DNA of 63,990 nt, the filler included, from Lenisia limosa (lineage: Eukaryota > Protista > Breviatea), in NCBI GenBank assembly GCA_001655205.1. It is 16 parts of 16 records of this genome, joined end to end, with 100 filler letters (N's around TTAATTAATTAA, not from the genome) between each part and the next. Parts side by side here need not be neighbours in the genome. Positions count along the whole stretch, not along the records: positions 9,089 to 10,902 come from LPNZ01000074.1; positions 11,003 to 16,470 come from LPNZ01001313.1; positions 16,571 to 18,232 come from LPNZ01007103.1; positions 18,333 to 19,950 come from LPNZ01006276.1; positions 20,051 to 22,101 come from LPNZ01011526.1; positions 22,202 to 29,760 come from LPNZ01008127.1; 10 more parts are not named here. One strand, given 5' to 3'. The position numbers were made by a program, and so were the translations under genes. Shown piece after piece: positions 10,450 through 23,560 of this stretch (position 1 is its first letter; each line of letters starts with the position of its first letter). A model generated the notes under the pieces. That model saw only the letters and a list, made by a program, of their open reading frames with translations, had not been told where the DNA came from and did not search any database.

Positions 10450-12368
10450 AATAGTGAACCCTGTCCAGTTTCCCTTATACGCGTGATGGTGTGGACAGCT
10501 TCGGTCAGATACTACAATTCAATATCTCGGATAAGCATGATGGAGTGGACGGCTTCGACAGATACAACCTTGTTCTGCATATTATATTGTATAATATTTT
10601 TGGTTTATCAAAGTTTAAGAATTAAAACAGACTGCTAACCCAGAATGAAAAGAAGTGTCAAGATTGAAGATTTTTCAATGCATTTGGGTCATGGAGGAGG
10701 AATAGATTTTGACGATTTTCAACCAATGATGATTACGTATTGAATCTGGCTGCATTCACAACCCAGGTGATAAGAAGAGAAGAAAAAAGAAGGCAAAAGA
10801 AGACTACTCTCCTCCCCAAACGCATTACTATGTTTGCTGGTTCAAGCAGAAAAGCCTCATTTGCTGTCTCTTAGAGTGAATTTCGTGTAATCTTTGGAAG
10901 GGNNNNNNNNNNNNNNNNNNNNNNNNNNNNNNNNNNNNNNNNNNNNTTAATTAATTAANNNNNNNNNNNNNNNNNNNNNNNNNNNNNNNNNNNNNNNNNN
11001 NNAGCACATTATCACCACATACAATGTTAAGCAGTAAAAAGAGCAGTGACGGCAGCATGGTACAGCTTCAGCTTCAGTGGCAAATCGGCTCTTCTTTTGT
11101 TCCTGATGAAATTTCTTTTTCTTTATCTTCCTTTCTTATCTACACTACTCTACTACACCATTTTTACTTTTTACTTGCTTTCAACTTGCTTTTTCCAAAA
11201 AGATTTTGAGATTTTGCTTTGCTTCTCCCAGCCATCGAGGCTCGGAGTCCAGAAACGCAGTTCCGCCGCCGTAAATGTATTTGTCACATTGTTGTCTCAC
11301 CCATCATGAATTCTCATCTCTCACTTCTTTCCCGACCTTTACACTATCTTTGAAAAAATGTATCTAGAAGGAGTTTTTGTACATTTTTCCTTGGCTGGAG
11401 TTTTTTTGTTAGGTGAGTCATTTTGTTAGGAGGCTGAAGAACCAAGTATCAAGAACAAGTTCATCTAAATCTACAATTTGTGCGACTTCTCTCCCTTGTG
11501 ATGTTATCTTGCAGTTTGCACCATAAGGATGTCGGACTAAATGATGAATCTCCATATTCCATATCAAAAAGCAAAAAAATAGCTATCATGTCAAGTTTTT
11601 ATTGGTTAGTGCTTCAATTTCAGACGTAAAAAGCAATGTTCATCGAAAATTATTTCCTTTCTTATTCGAAAATGAAATTGTAATAATGTCAGATGAAGCA
11701 AAACTGAGATGAGTAATTATTGATTTACATTATTTGTAAAGCGGACTCATTCTGTCATCCTATTTTTGTTCAAATTCCCACCTTAGGAATCATAAGTTGT
11801 GCGTTCATATTTGTCATTGTTCCTGTGGAATTAGTTATATTGTAAAGTCATGCTAAAGCAATGTGCATGGTGTTGCAAAGAAAATTATTGGTTAACGGGA
11901 TCTGTTATAACGTGAACTCCATCACGTATTTTAATTGCAATTGTCAGAGTCCACAAAGTAATCAACATAGACAGTTATGGTCTGATGATATTCTCTTCAT
12001 TTCATTATTATGGTGTGTTATGCATAATAATATGTACACGTACGACTCTGACAAACTTGGTGCTTTTGGACGCTTAGTTGCTTGGTAATTATTTAGGAAG
12101 AACATGGGCGGTGGAACAAACTAAAATTCGATAACTTGTGATTAACTCATTGTTTAGCGAGTTAGCATCAGCTATCAGATTAGATCATACACTTTCACGC
12201 TCAATAAACTGTCGTACATTGAAGTGTATTGAAAGCCAACTGTATGCTAACAACTAACTCTTTGAACCAATTATTTGCTCATATATTAGACTTGAATTCC
12301 AAGGTATTTAAACTCTTGAAAATAGTAACGTGATGACTCAAATTTTACTGGAGAAATTGGAAGACCAG

Positions 12369-12437
12369 CCCCCATCCCACAGCGCATTGGGTAGTTGTCA
12401 AGACCCCCATCCCACAGCGCATTGGGTAGTTGTCAAG
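12369..12437 (+). repeat. Perfect tandem duplication, 35-nt unit x2
   Basis: cccccatcccacagcgcattgggtagttgtcaag occurs twice. Confidence 0.9.
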
Positions 12438-14855
12438 TACTTCTGGTGAGATGTGTGCTAAACAAATAAGTCAGTTGTATTGGCAAACAGATGTATTTAC
12501 AAAAGCAATATGCAGGCAATTGGGAATGCAAAGGCAATAGAGAGCATACAGCCAATTGAGAGGGAATGAAGAATTTGAAATTTGAATTGATTCTATGACA
12601 GAATTTTGCGAATTTTAACATTATTTCGAATACTGATCTCTTATGAAATTCTAAATAGTTTGTCCATTCCTACCTCTGACTCAGGTACTCCAATTACTCG
12701 AGATGATTCAATGTAACCTTTAGACATTAGTTTCATTTGCTAAATTTCAAATCAACATTTTCCAGAATGTATAACCACTGTTTCACTTACTAACATCACG
12801 TCACCATAAATACTTCGCTTGTTTATCTTATATATCATTATCCAAAATAGTGAAATTTAAAAGCGTGCATAACTGGTGACCATATGCAATTCCACATGTC
12901 TAATAACACTGTATCCCATCCCCCATTTTCCCTTCTCTTAATGACATATGTTTTCATAGCTATCACTTCTATCACCATTTAGGTCCAAAGGGACATAAAC
13001 CTCCATACTTCTTGCTGACGTAGGTGCCAATGAACGGGCGGAGTAGTGATGTCCTATTGCGAGTAAGTTAACTGTTTCAAATACATTATTGAAATCATAT
13101 ACTAGGCCTCTGTGTAATTATTTCCCCATTTTTCATTTTCGATATTAATACATATAATATGATATGTTGAAAGGTGTTTTCAATATTTCCCACTTTAACC
13201 ATTCTAATTGATATAACAATTAAGTGCACGGAGTACTAAAACAAATGATCTCATTCCGATTAACAGAAAATGACTTCGAAACTGGTGACATTTACCAAAG
13301 ATTGATGACGATAAAACTGTGTCTTGTCGGGTGTTATGGAAGCCAATAAGATGAAAGAGAGCTTTGTGAAAAAAACGGGTGTGCGCAATTGGCAAGATAG
13401 CTTACCGTTACTTTCCACTGCAGGCAGCTTGAGAGTGGTGGAGGCAGGAGCGACTTGTTTGATTGGAATGATGGGAACAATGGACTGATAAGCCGCTCTT
13501 CTGCCTGTCCTAAAATGCATCAATAATATGAGTGCGGTATTGATTTTATTTGAGTGGGACTTTGTGGGGCTTCATAATTTTTTTTTTATACCCCCAGTTT
13601 CAATTCGAATAAGCATTCCAATATTTAAGTTGGTACAAAAGTACAAGCTCCAACCGATGAGGGGCGACACCTGGTGAAGTAGGGGGCTGGGGCACCAAGG
13701 GGGCTGTTTGGACCCGGGTAACCGGTGGGGGTTGGGTGGAGCTTGAATTGGTGAGTTTCAAATGTATAAAGAGTTTGCATCTGAAAAGCTTCACGTCAGT
13801 ACGGAAAAGACTTGAGAAATATGGATAATAATGAGGACTTTGTGATTAAAGATAATAATTGACAAAATTTGAAACTCTCATTACAATATATCCTACTACA
13901 AATTTTGAAATTAATTTGTTAATTAATTGAACGGAGCCGTAATAATTATCGAGAATCAGGATATCAGTAATATCGGTTGAAGGTTTAGTTCAAAGCTATT
14001 CAGCTGCCATTTAGCCCCAAAACTGTTATTCATCATGGTTGGTTATAGAACTCGACAAATCAATCCAATTTACTGCTTAATTGTTGAATATTGCAAAGAA
14101 TGTAAAGATCAACCCATCCTGTACCTATATCCGTCACAAAACGTTACAATGAATCCAGGAGAAACATAAAAACCTTCTTACAATGGAGGGGGGTACGAGT
14201 ACACATGCGATTGTTCTGTAGATGGGGTGTTGAAGTGTTTTCTCCCAGAACCTACATTGACCATGTTAAATTGTGACAAAAAATATTTATTTTGTATTGT
14301 ATTCATATTATATGAGATGTATATGTATGATGTATAATGGTGTTGCATCATTATCATAGAATCCATTTCCTCATGTACTTGATGGAACAAAGGTACATCA
14401 ATAATCCCAGCAGTATTCAGTCCCACCATTTTGGCCAAGTCTCACACAGCCGGATTTATTCCGCCACCAATCTGAAATATTCAGTGCGTAATTTGGAGTC
14501 AAATGACGAGTATTGATTTATAAAGCAATATAATGCTATTATTGTATTTGTCTGAGTTATGGATTTTGTTGAGGATTTATCTTTGATTTAGTGAGAGGAG
14601 TGATTTATTGACGATTGTTCGACATTTTTTCTTTGTCAAGAGAGCTCCTTCGTACTAGGGGCAATTCCAGGTGGAGGAGGTACTGGCTTTTGAGGCTACA
14701 AGTGATGAAGGAAAGTGTAATGCTGTTGCAATGATATACAAGAGAGTTAAAGGTTCTTTAAATAAATGTTGTAGGATTACGTCGTGTTAGTATCAACATC
14801 AATATTGATCCCCTTCCTTGTTTTGGGAATTATTGAAGGAATAGTGACTGTCTTG

Positions 14856-15222
14856 TACGACTCACGTCAGAACAATGGAAATGCCAATATATTTTGACTG
14901 TCCCGTCATCNNNNNNNNNNNNNNNNNNNNNNNNNNNNNNNNNNNNNNNNNNNNNNNNNNNNNNNNNNNNNNNNNNNNNNNNNNNNNNAATTTTCATGTA
15001 GTTTGGAAATAAAACGGAAGTGATCCGAGTCCAAGAAGAATATTATGTAGAAAAATGTTATCTTGCGGGTGAGTCATTAAAGCCGAGACATTGCCCGCTT
15101 CCGTCCGTACAATTCTCTCCATTGCCTGAGAATACCCCAATACCACCTTACTACAGAGCCCCGGACCAACCTTAAACCAGCCTCCATGGCCTTTGCCAAG
15201 TGTCGCCATCGTCAGCATTATG
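14856..15222 (-). CDS. WD40-repeat-like exons (partial)
   Basis: AMERIVRTEAGNVSALMTHPQDNIFL[gap]DDGTVKIYWHF resembles a WD40 blade. The rest of the gene is not resolved. Confidence 0.4.
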
Positions 15223-16570
15223 ATCTGGGTAATAAGAAAATATGGAGATCTTGATGGGAACGATGATCTGAAGAGTGAAGAAGGGAACAATTGGTGTCCA
15301 GCCGAACGTTTACAACAGCATGATGCTATAAATGTATGAAATGAATTTTCAATATGATGCAATGGACAATGAAGTAATGTGAATTGTTATGGTGCTTTGA
15401 TATATTCCTGCTCTTCACAAGAATGTACACGCCTCCTGTCCCCTCTTCACCCTGATCACCCTGATTTCAGAGGATCACAACGGATGCCACTGAATTAAGA
15501 GCACCCACTCGGGAGTTGAGATCCTCGGCTGAGATGACCTGTCTGATTGGGAAGTGACGAAATTGCACGGAGGTCAAGGCTTTGTAAAGTTACCCCCGCT
15601 AATTATGTAGATTTGTGTCTTTTTGTCCTGTTTTACTTGTTTGTGTAGGAGAGAGCAAAGAGAGGCGTTTAGCTGGTTTAGGAATGTGTGATTTTGAGTG
15701 GTCTCTATGACCCCTAGGTGACATTACTTCATTTTTCAAAACTTGTTTTAAGCCTTTCTACATTTTGTGAATGGGCAAGTGTAAAAACGTAGATAAAAGA
15801 AGTTGTATAAAACGAGTGTGAATAAGGAAATAAGGCTATGTATGTTGAGTAAAGAGAAGTGTTTCTACTTGCAGCCTCGTTTATAGATTAAAGCCAAGCT
15901 GGCTGTGTACCAATCATGATTTACGAAGAAGCTGGGCAGCTGATGCTGTCTAAGCAATCTTTGCTGCAGTTTCTTGAAAGCGCGCTTCCCCTTTTCTTAG
16001 GAGTCGAGTCTTCTGCCGTAACTAAGGTCTGCTAGTGAATTAAATTGGTCAAAATGGATTTATTTAGCGCGTATAAGCCTTTGTTTTCGTCCATATTCAT
16101 AAGATGCTATTCTTACATGATCTTTTCATTAGAGAGCGTTTGCCATTATGTTCTTATCATGAAGAGGCTTCAAAAATACTACAAGGACAACCCGTAAATT
16201 AACACCCTCGTACTATCCTTCAGATCTTGCTTCTATCACGATCATTTACCCAGCTTGGCTCTATTCATACTGAATTACATAGCAATCTTTTCTCATTTTG
16301 CTACAATGGGCTCCCTTTTCAGGGTAATTGGTTTATTTTTGGATAATTGATGAAGATTTTGATCAGTCAATAATTTATGAACCCAAAGATTGTGAATAGA
16401 GCTTGTTTTGTTCATTCAGTCCCGTTTTAGCCGTCAATAGAGGGAATACGTTTTCGTGCCCCCCCCCCCCNNNNNNNNNNNNNNNNNNNNNNNNNNNNNN
16501 NNNNNNNNNNNNNNTTAATTAATTAANNNNNNNNNNNNNNNNNNNNNNNNNNNNNNNNNNNNNNNNNNNN

Positions 16571-18200
16571 CCTGGGCTGCCCATTCCTCATTGGAGATCT
16601 TAGGGCTGCGGGTTGAAAGCTGGTTGTGTGAGCAAGGTAGAATACAACTAGGGCTGCCCTACGGTCCAAAAAAGACCGGTAGAATATAGATATTTATTGA
16701 GGATTTATTGAGAGATTCAGTTTTTTGGAAGTCTTCTTGAAAATAGGATCATTCAGACGGTAAAGATTGTGAGATTAGTAAGTCTCTTTTAGAACTAGGA
16801 ACAGAAAGACCCGGGTATTAGTACAGCGTTAGAACGCTTAGAGCAAGGTTGGCTACAAGAAGGCATGCATTTTTTTTGTGTTTTTTTTGCAGAAAAGGGA
16901 CCATCCCCCTCTTCTCCATTATAATANNNNNNNNNNNNNNNNNNNNNNNNNNNNNNNNNNNNNNNNNNNNNNNNNNNNNNNNNNNNNNNNNNNNNNNNNN
17001 NNNNNNNNGGCTATGGCGGCCTGGGGTGGTTATATGGGGGGTGTAAAATTGGAATATTTATGAAACAAAAAAAAATCCAAAAACAACTCTGCTGGCTGGC
17101 AACACAGGTGGGTTGGACACAAGAAATACTGATTTTGATCCCCTCCCCCACCTTGGTCTCAATACTGCCCTTGAGGAACATGGCTTCAACGATTCGGGAC
17201 CCGAACTGGTCGAAGGCGAGATCTACAAGGACGGCTGGGGGGTGGGTGAAACGAAGGAAATTTCGATGAAGAATACTGGAGTAAAGGTACGGGTGGAAAC
17301 TGGGAGATTAATGACAAAAAAAAAGCATGAAATTGGTGTAATAAAAAGCCAAGAGGATAGCATGGTACGGCCATCCATATCCCCCATAGATATAGCCCCT
17401 CCATACGGGCAATAGCTTTGCCTAGGGCGGTCTTCTGGTTGGCTCGGAGGAGTGTTGACTTGAACGCCGCTTCCACCACGTACGAACCTTTGAAAATTAG
17501 CCTTTTTAATATCTATATAGTTATATGATATCATAAAAATATGTACATATCATATGAAATACGAACCGGAGATAATTAGTTGTAAACACAAGGTATGATC
17601 ATTAGTTTCTGTATGAACCTAGGGATAATTAGCAATAAATCCTCGATAAATATCAATATTTTACTGGTCTTTTTCATATCATAGAGAGGCCTTAATATCC
17701 CTGCCCCAGTTTCTTTGATACCCCCTACCACCCACCTCCACTGGTAAAGGCCATTGAGGCGAGATAAGTGGTATCAAGCCCGAGAAGTCTAGAGAGTTAG
17801 TATTCTTGTAAAGTAGTATCTGATATTTTTATATGATATAATATGATGAGGTATAATATAAATATTTACCAGGTATGAACGAAACATTTATCACAAAACA
17901 TATTAAAGGGCTTCATTTCTGTTCGTAAAAAGACTGAATTGTCGATAAAACAACGATAAATATTGATATTTTATCTGCCCTTGGGACCCTAAGCCTCGCA
18001 AGACCAAAATAATAATTATCATTTTTTAACAACTGAACCGATATTTATAACATATTATACATATTATATGATATCATATTTCGATAGTATTCGAGGATTT
18101 ATCGAGAAATTCACTCATTTTTCGGATAGAATGAAGTCCTACCCCCGACTCACGAGTTGACGAAGAAGTTGGCATGAGGGGGATTGATCTTGAGAAGAGC
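16571..18200 (-). CDS. NOP9: Nucleolar PUF-repeat protein NOP9-like (C-terminal part)
   Basis: Phase-consistent exons read ALLKINPPHANFFVNS / LLGLDTTYLASMAFTSG / GSYVVEAAFKSTLLRANQKTALGKAIA / PVLVDLAFDQFGSRIVEAMFLKGSIETK / AAIA. These are PUF repeats with the LA.D..GS.V.E pattern. Confidence 0.72.
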
Positions 18201-18423
18201 CTGCATGGTGAGTTTTGGATGAGGATTGGGGGNNNNNNNNNNNNNNNNNNNNNNNNNNNNNNNNNNNNNNNNNNNNTTAATTAATTAANNNNNNNNNNNN
18301 NNNNNNNNNNNNNNNNNNNNNNNNNNNNNNNNGTGGGGGACGAGGAAAATAAAATTCAAAAGGGAATGAAAAAAACAATAATAAAAAAAAAGAAAAGAAT
18401 AAAAAACAATAAAGAGGCTTACT

Positions 18424-19390
18424 TTCCACTTGAGTGCGTTCATTTGCTTCTGCAGAGCCCTTGTGTCAGTACCTTCCTATAAACGTCATGATACTGTCAA
18501 TAATATCGCTTACAAGGGTGAGTTGTGACTAGGGCTCCACTTCGGTTCGATAAAAGGCTGAATTTCTCGATGGATCCCCAAAAACTATCGATATTGAGCC
18601 GGTATTTTTCGAAGCGAAGTGAAGCCCTGCCATCAATATCCCTAATGCTGTTCCGAGAAGCGTAATTATGCAAACTATCTTCTCCCCTTAGCTAGTTATA
18701 CATCACTCCGCCCCCTCCCGCACCTTAAACTCAACAAAGACCATGTTGGTAGCTGTGGCAACGACGTGCTTGAAGCATCCCGAGTTGTTTTCTAGGGGAA
18801 TAAAAATGCAAAATGTATGAAACAAAAAAAAGAAGCCGAATTCAACTCTGCTGCCCAGGCCAGTTGCTTTCATAGGATTGATTCACTTCGGTTCAAAAAA
18901 AAAAGACTGAATTTCTCGATAAATCCTCGAAAACTATCGAACTGAAGTGAAGCCCAAGGTAAGAGGGAGATAACAATCCCGAGTTGTTTTTGGGCCCACA
19001 AGCCCCCAACTTTTCGCCATGACTGCTTGTTGCAGTTAATTTTACATACTTCGACCCTCACGATGTATCTTATCGTAAAGAAGAGATACCCCCCTCCACG
19101 ATACAACCAATGATACCCCCCCCCCACGATGGAGCATATCGTAGAGANNNNNNNNNNNNNNNNNNNNNNNNNNNNNNNNNNNNNNNNNNNNNNNNNNNNN
19201 NNNNNNNTTCTCATGTCCATCCACTCTTGTTCGAGGACGAAAATCAGGGCTGAATGTATGAAAAACAAAAAGAAGCCAAAAGAAAAAAAAAAAGAAAATG
19301 AAAGGAAAAAAAAATAAAACTAATAAAGGCAAAAAGAGCATTTCAGGTCCATCCACCCTTGCTCAAGGACAAAGATGAGGGCTGAATGTA
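18424..19390 (-). CDS. Unknown multi-exon gene containing several local exon-fragment duplications
   Basis: Candidate exons ALIFVLEQEWMDM, LYDMLH, SGCFKHVVATATNM and EGTDTRALQKQMNALKWK|gtaagc. The strand is partly inferred from a family-B cassette ending at AG 18792-18793. The frame could not be fully resolved. Confidence 0.35.
18530..18629. mobile_element. MITE family A copy
   Basis: tagggctccacttcggttcgataaaaggctg ... ttcgaagcgaagtgaagccc. Other copies or fragments at about 1270-1320, 9135-9215, 16649-16730, 17630-17695, 17907-17995, 18075-18142, 18882-18957, 29217-29370, 42104-42235, 49111-49204, 60991-61135 and 61474-61560. Confidence 0.85.
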
Positions 19391-20157
19391 TAGTTTGAAG
19401 CCCAGATTTTCAAATTTCAATTTTTGTTGCCGAAACAAACCAAACTAAAACTACCGATAGTTTCAAGGAAGTGTTTATCATATTAAACATGGTATTACTC
19501 ATTTTTTAGCTGCTATTGGCGACTTGGTTGTGCGCCGTGAGAATGACAAATTAGTTCCATTGTTTTCGAAGAACAGTCTTCTGGGACTAGGATTCCTAAA
19601 GGGCAAGGTTGTTCTTAGTGTTTATCAAAAAACTGTTTGGATTTGCTCTCACTGACGACAGGTTTGTGATTGTGATGGGCAAGTCTGTTTGACTTATTAG
19701 TTCAAGAACTATACCCGAGTCTAATGGCTTCTTCTATTTTATGTTTTTTTCGGTCACCTTCTCTTTGCCAACACAACCATAAATGGGTGATTTCCACTTT
19801 AGCACTAGTTATGAAGATGAAGGGTAACTGTAAGGTGCCACATTGCCTTTATTCTAAACCTGTTTTAAATGTAACCAGTACCATCCATGGATAAACGCCA
19901 TGCTTTTTGCGCATTGCGGAGGACTCCCCATGAATTACTACCAATTCACTNNNNNNNNNNNNNNNNNNNNNNNNNNNNNNNNNNNNNNNNNNNNTTAATT
20001 AATTAANNNNNNNNNNNNNNNNNNNNNNNNNNNNNNNNNNNNNNNNNNNNGAGGGGGGGCGATCGGCCAATTTTGTTTCTCCTTAATAAGATTGTTGTTG
20101 ATTGTCTTTATATCATCCTACCCCTCACTATTCATAATGAAGCAAATTCTAATGTCC

Positions 20158-22062
20158 CAGATGCTTGACAGCACGGAGTTCACTGTGGATTCTACGAGGG
20201 AGCTGGCTAATCACAAATTTGAGGCTGAGGATTTTGCCATCATCAGCAAGGAGAGCTTTTTGCTCAACGTCACCCTTGTTTTCAGGTAGGGAGACTTGGG
20301 AAAAGGTTTTTTTTTTTTTGAAGGATTTATTTTAAAAAGCCTTAATTCCATAAATTTTTAATGAAACTNNNNNNNNNNNNNNNNNNNNNNNNNNNNNNNN
20401 NNNNNNNNNNNNNNNNNNNNNNNNNNNNNNNNNNNNNNNNNNNNNNNNNNNNNNNNNNNNNNNNNNNNNNNNNNNNNNNNNNNNNNNNNNNNNNNNNNNN
20501 NNNNNNNNNNNNNNNNNNNNNNNNNNNNNNNNNNNNNNNNNNNNNNNNNNNNNNNNNNNNNNNNNNNNNNNNNNNNNNNNNNNNNNGTTTCTGCTACCCC
20601 CACCACCATCACCACTTCCTGGCAATATATGACGTTTTTGAAGGTAGGTGGTGGCTTGCTTGAATCATCGACATAATACATATTTATCTGAATTCGCAGT
20701 AAAATTGACTCTGCACATAGANNNNNNNNNNNNNNNNNNNNNNNNNNNNNNNNNNNNNNNNNNNNNNNNNNNNNNNNNNNNNNNNNNNNNNNNNNNNNNN
20801 NNTTCGAGAGCAGTAACGCTGATATCGACCTTGAGGGATGTCCATGGAGTACCACACTGGACACTTCTACAACCCTTGGTGGGATAAATCTCGAAAGCAG
20901 GCTCTGTCTTTTTAAAAGAAACACTTCTTTCTCCTCCAGCAATTTGAATGCTTATAACCTCAGATTGTGTGAAATTCAGACTCACTGCTGGTGCCTTGTA
21001 CACACAGGAGAACGTCATGATTACTGTCCACCTTGACACATTCTCCAACTTCACCATGGCTTTAAAAAACACGGCTAAAATCCCCGAGATTGTCGTCAAC
21101 AATATACCTGAGGCCCTGCCTTTCCCCGAAGTTCGTTGGGGGTTAATTAACACAGTATTTTGCCTTTTCTAAACTTTTCTATTTGGTCTTCAGACCCATT
21201 CCATTCTTTACATGGCAGCCAACATCATTTTCGTTCCTCCGTCTTGAGCCTCATGACCTACTGAGTGCTCCTGTCAAAATCTCCACCACCAATCTGATGG
21301 TTGTGTCCGACTGCGATTTTGAGAACACGCAAACTGTTGGTGACAATAAGGTGAGTACGAAGTTTTATTTTTCTCTGTACACCATTACAGTTTTTTAGCT
21401 CTTCATGTTCACCCCCCCCCCCAGGAGTATGAGAAGACTATTACCGACACATTGCTGCTGGAATGCTTCTCTGTTGTACCCATTAAGGCACACGTACTTG
21501 CTTTGGACTCCTATTCCGTCACCATTAAAGTGGGGAGGGAGTGCTTTTTAGTGTCATTTAGATTGATAAGGCAGGGAAAGGGTATGGTGTTAACGAAGGA
21601 CATATTGACTGCTTTTATTGTTATTACTATTATCACCCTCTTGTTTCCTGCACTCCTTATCTAACTCATCAGATTGGAGACGAGGTTGACGAGGTGTTCC
21701 AATTTGCCAACCAGAACGGCCAACCACGCCTACAATATGCCACTAAAGAGCCAGAAATGATTACGGGACCGTCTTCTCTTTATTTCCTGGACTTGGTCCT
21801 GAATGGGTGAGTGTTGCTGCGTTGTGAGTTAGTATAATATAACTGGATGATGTATATGAGAGCACAGAACAATTGTGCCAATCGTGTCAGGGTTGCAACA
21901 ACATTTTTGTTACCTTCCCAAATTAAATGTCATATTTCTAACCCTAATCCTATCCCCCACAGGTTCACAGAGGCCTACTTCAAAATCACCTTCACAAACG
22001 TGGTAGTCCAAGCCACATGCCCTGAATGGACAGTCACTACCAGCACTGAGTCTGTTTTAGAG
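20158..22062 (+). CDS. Unknown beta-rich protein, internal exons (partial)
   Basis: At least seven GT-AG exons with open coding frames, for example LTAGALYTQENVMITVHLDTFSNF, EYEKTITDTLLLECFSVVP and FTEAYFKITFTNVVVQATCPEW. No family recognised. Confidence 0.7.
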
Positions 22063-22427
22063 GTATGTGGAACTGAGGTTTCGTTTGTGTTTCATACGAG
22101 TNNNNNNNNNNNNNNNNNNNNNNNNNNNNNNNNNNNNNNNNNNNNTTAATTAATTAANNNNNNNNNNNNNNNNNNNNNNNNNNNNNNNNNNNNNNNNNNN
22201 NACAGTTACGAACCAGCGAGAGGGGGGGTAATAGTAGGATTAAATGAAAAACTCATGAAACAAAAAGCGGTATTTAGGAAGCAGGGGGAGGGTAAAGAAG
22301 GGATTCAGCGGGAATGTGAAATGAAAAATAAGCAGAACTGGGTGATTTTTAGATTTATTTCTTTGTGAGAAAACATCCAAATATGGTAATACAATAAGAG
22401 AACACCCCAAATAAGGCAAGTACTCAC

Positions 22428-23383
22428 CTGGAGAGCTTCATCACCACTCATTTTAGTGGTATTGATTGCTCGCGTAACCTCAACACGTGCATCGGTGAGA
22501 GGCTTGCCGCCCTCCGAGGCAATGGTCTTTGAAAGGTCCTCGTGGTTTTCCTGTTGGCGTTACCGGAATCTTGTTGAAGTTTTGAGATATAAGAGGAAAA
22601 CCACCGTCAGGTTTATAAGGAATGTATCCTAGGTTGCTCAAATAATCACGTTTATTACGTTTTATTCGTTGCCTGTCAGCCAACGATCAGAACCACAACA
22701 ATTGCACAGGTTTATCTGGTCAAAGCCGCGACAGATAGTAATTACATCACAGGTTTATCTGATCAAGTAATTACAAGCATGATTTTGAAAATTCGGGTTC
22801 TTTCCTTTGTAATCATGCCTACCAACCTTCATCAACTCAGCAACTTTGTAGAGGACTTTAGCGCGTTCATGGGCTGGCATCTTGAACATTGTTTCCTTGT
22901 ATACCTTGGGGAATATCAATACAACTTGTGAAAAGAAGGTTTTCGTAACAACTCAACCAAAAAATAATAAATTAAAAATACTCGTTTCTTCTTTATTCCT
23001 CTCCGAAAAAAATCATTTTCATTCCATATTTGCTGTTTAAACTATTTCCCACAGATTTCGGCTACATAATTCAGCTTACGCGATCAGCATTATCAAGAGC
23101 TTGGTCCAGAGCTGGAACGTCGGCCTTCTCAATCTCGGCAAAAAGATCCCCATTATATGGACTTTTAACTGGTTTCCACACCCCTGCGGCATTAGAAAGC
23201 ACGGGAGATGAAAATGGAGTATTCACGAAATTCTCACCAGTATTCTTGGCGCCTGGAATCATCATTCCATATCTAGGAACCGTAGATGCAAACCTAGGAG
23301 TATAAATGGCGTACTATTGACAGCTAAAAGACGTACCTTGCAAAGGTTGATGAACGCAATAATGTACTACTCAAACGTAACAT
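22428..23383 (-). CDS. Aldehyde dehydrogenase of bacterial (RL0313/y4uC-like) type with predicted mitochondrial presequence (5' part)
   Basis: Spliced: MLRLSSTLLRSSTFARFASTVPRY...VKSPYNGDLFAEIEKADVPALDQALDNADR / VYKETMFKMPAHERAKVLYKVAELMK / ENHEDLSKTIASEGGKPLTDARVEVTRAINTTKMSGDEALQ. The first intron is 43 nt. Confidence 0.85.
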
Positions 23384-23560
23384 ATTTTGAAATAAATCCA
23401 GATTAGATACAATATTCCAAGATGTTTTTACGCTGTTAGTTTTTTCATTTTATTAATAGATTTGTACCCGCGTTTCCATATTGTTTTCTTTCGGTGAAAT
23501 TTTTCTGCCTCTTTGTCCGGATAATTGTTTAGAAGTTGTTAGTTCATATAGAGTAGAAAT

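Noticed and set aside
11003-14480. Scattered exon-like segments (for example 13600-13794 Pro-rich, 14360-14470)
   Set aside because: They could not be joined into a phase-consistent gene or matched to a family.
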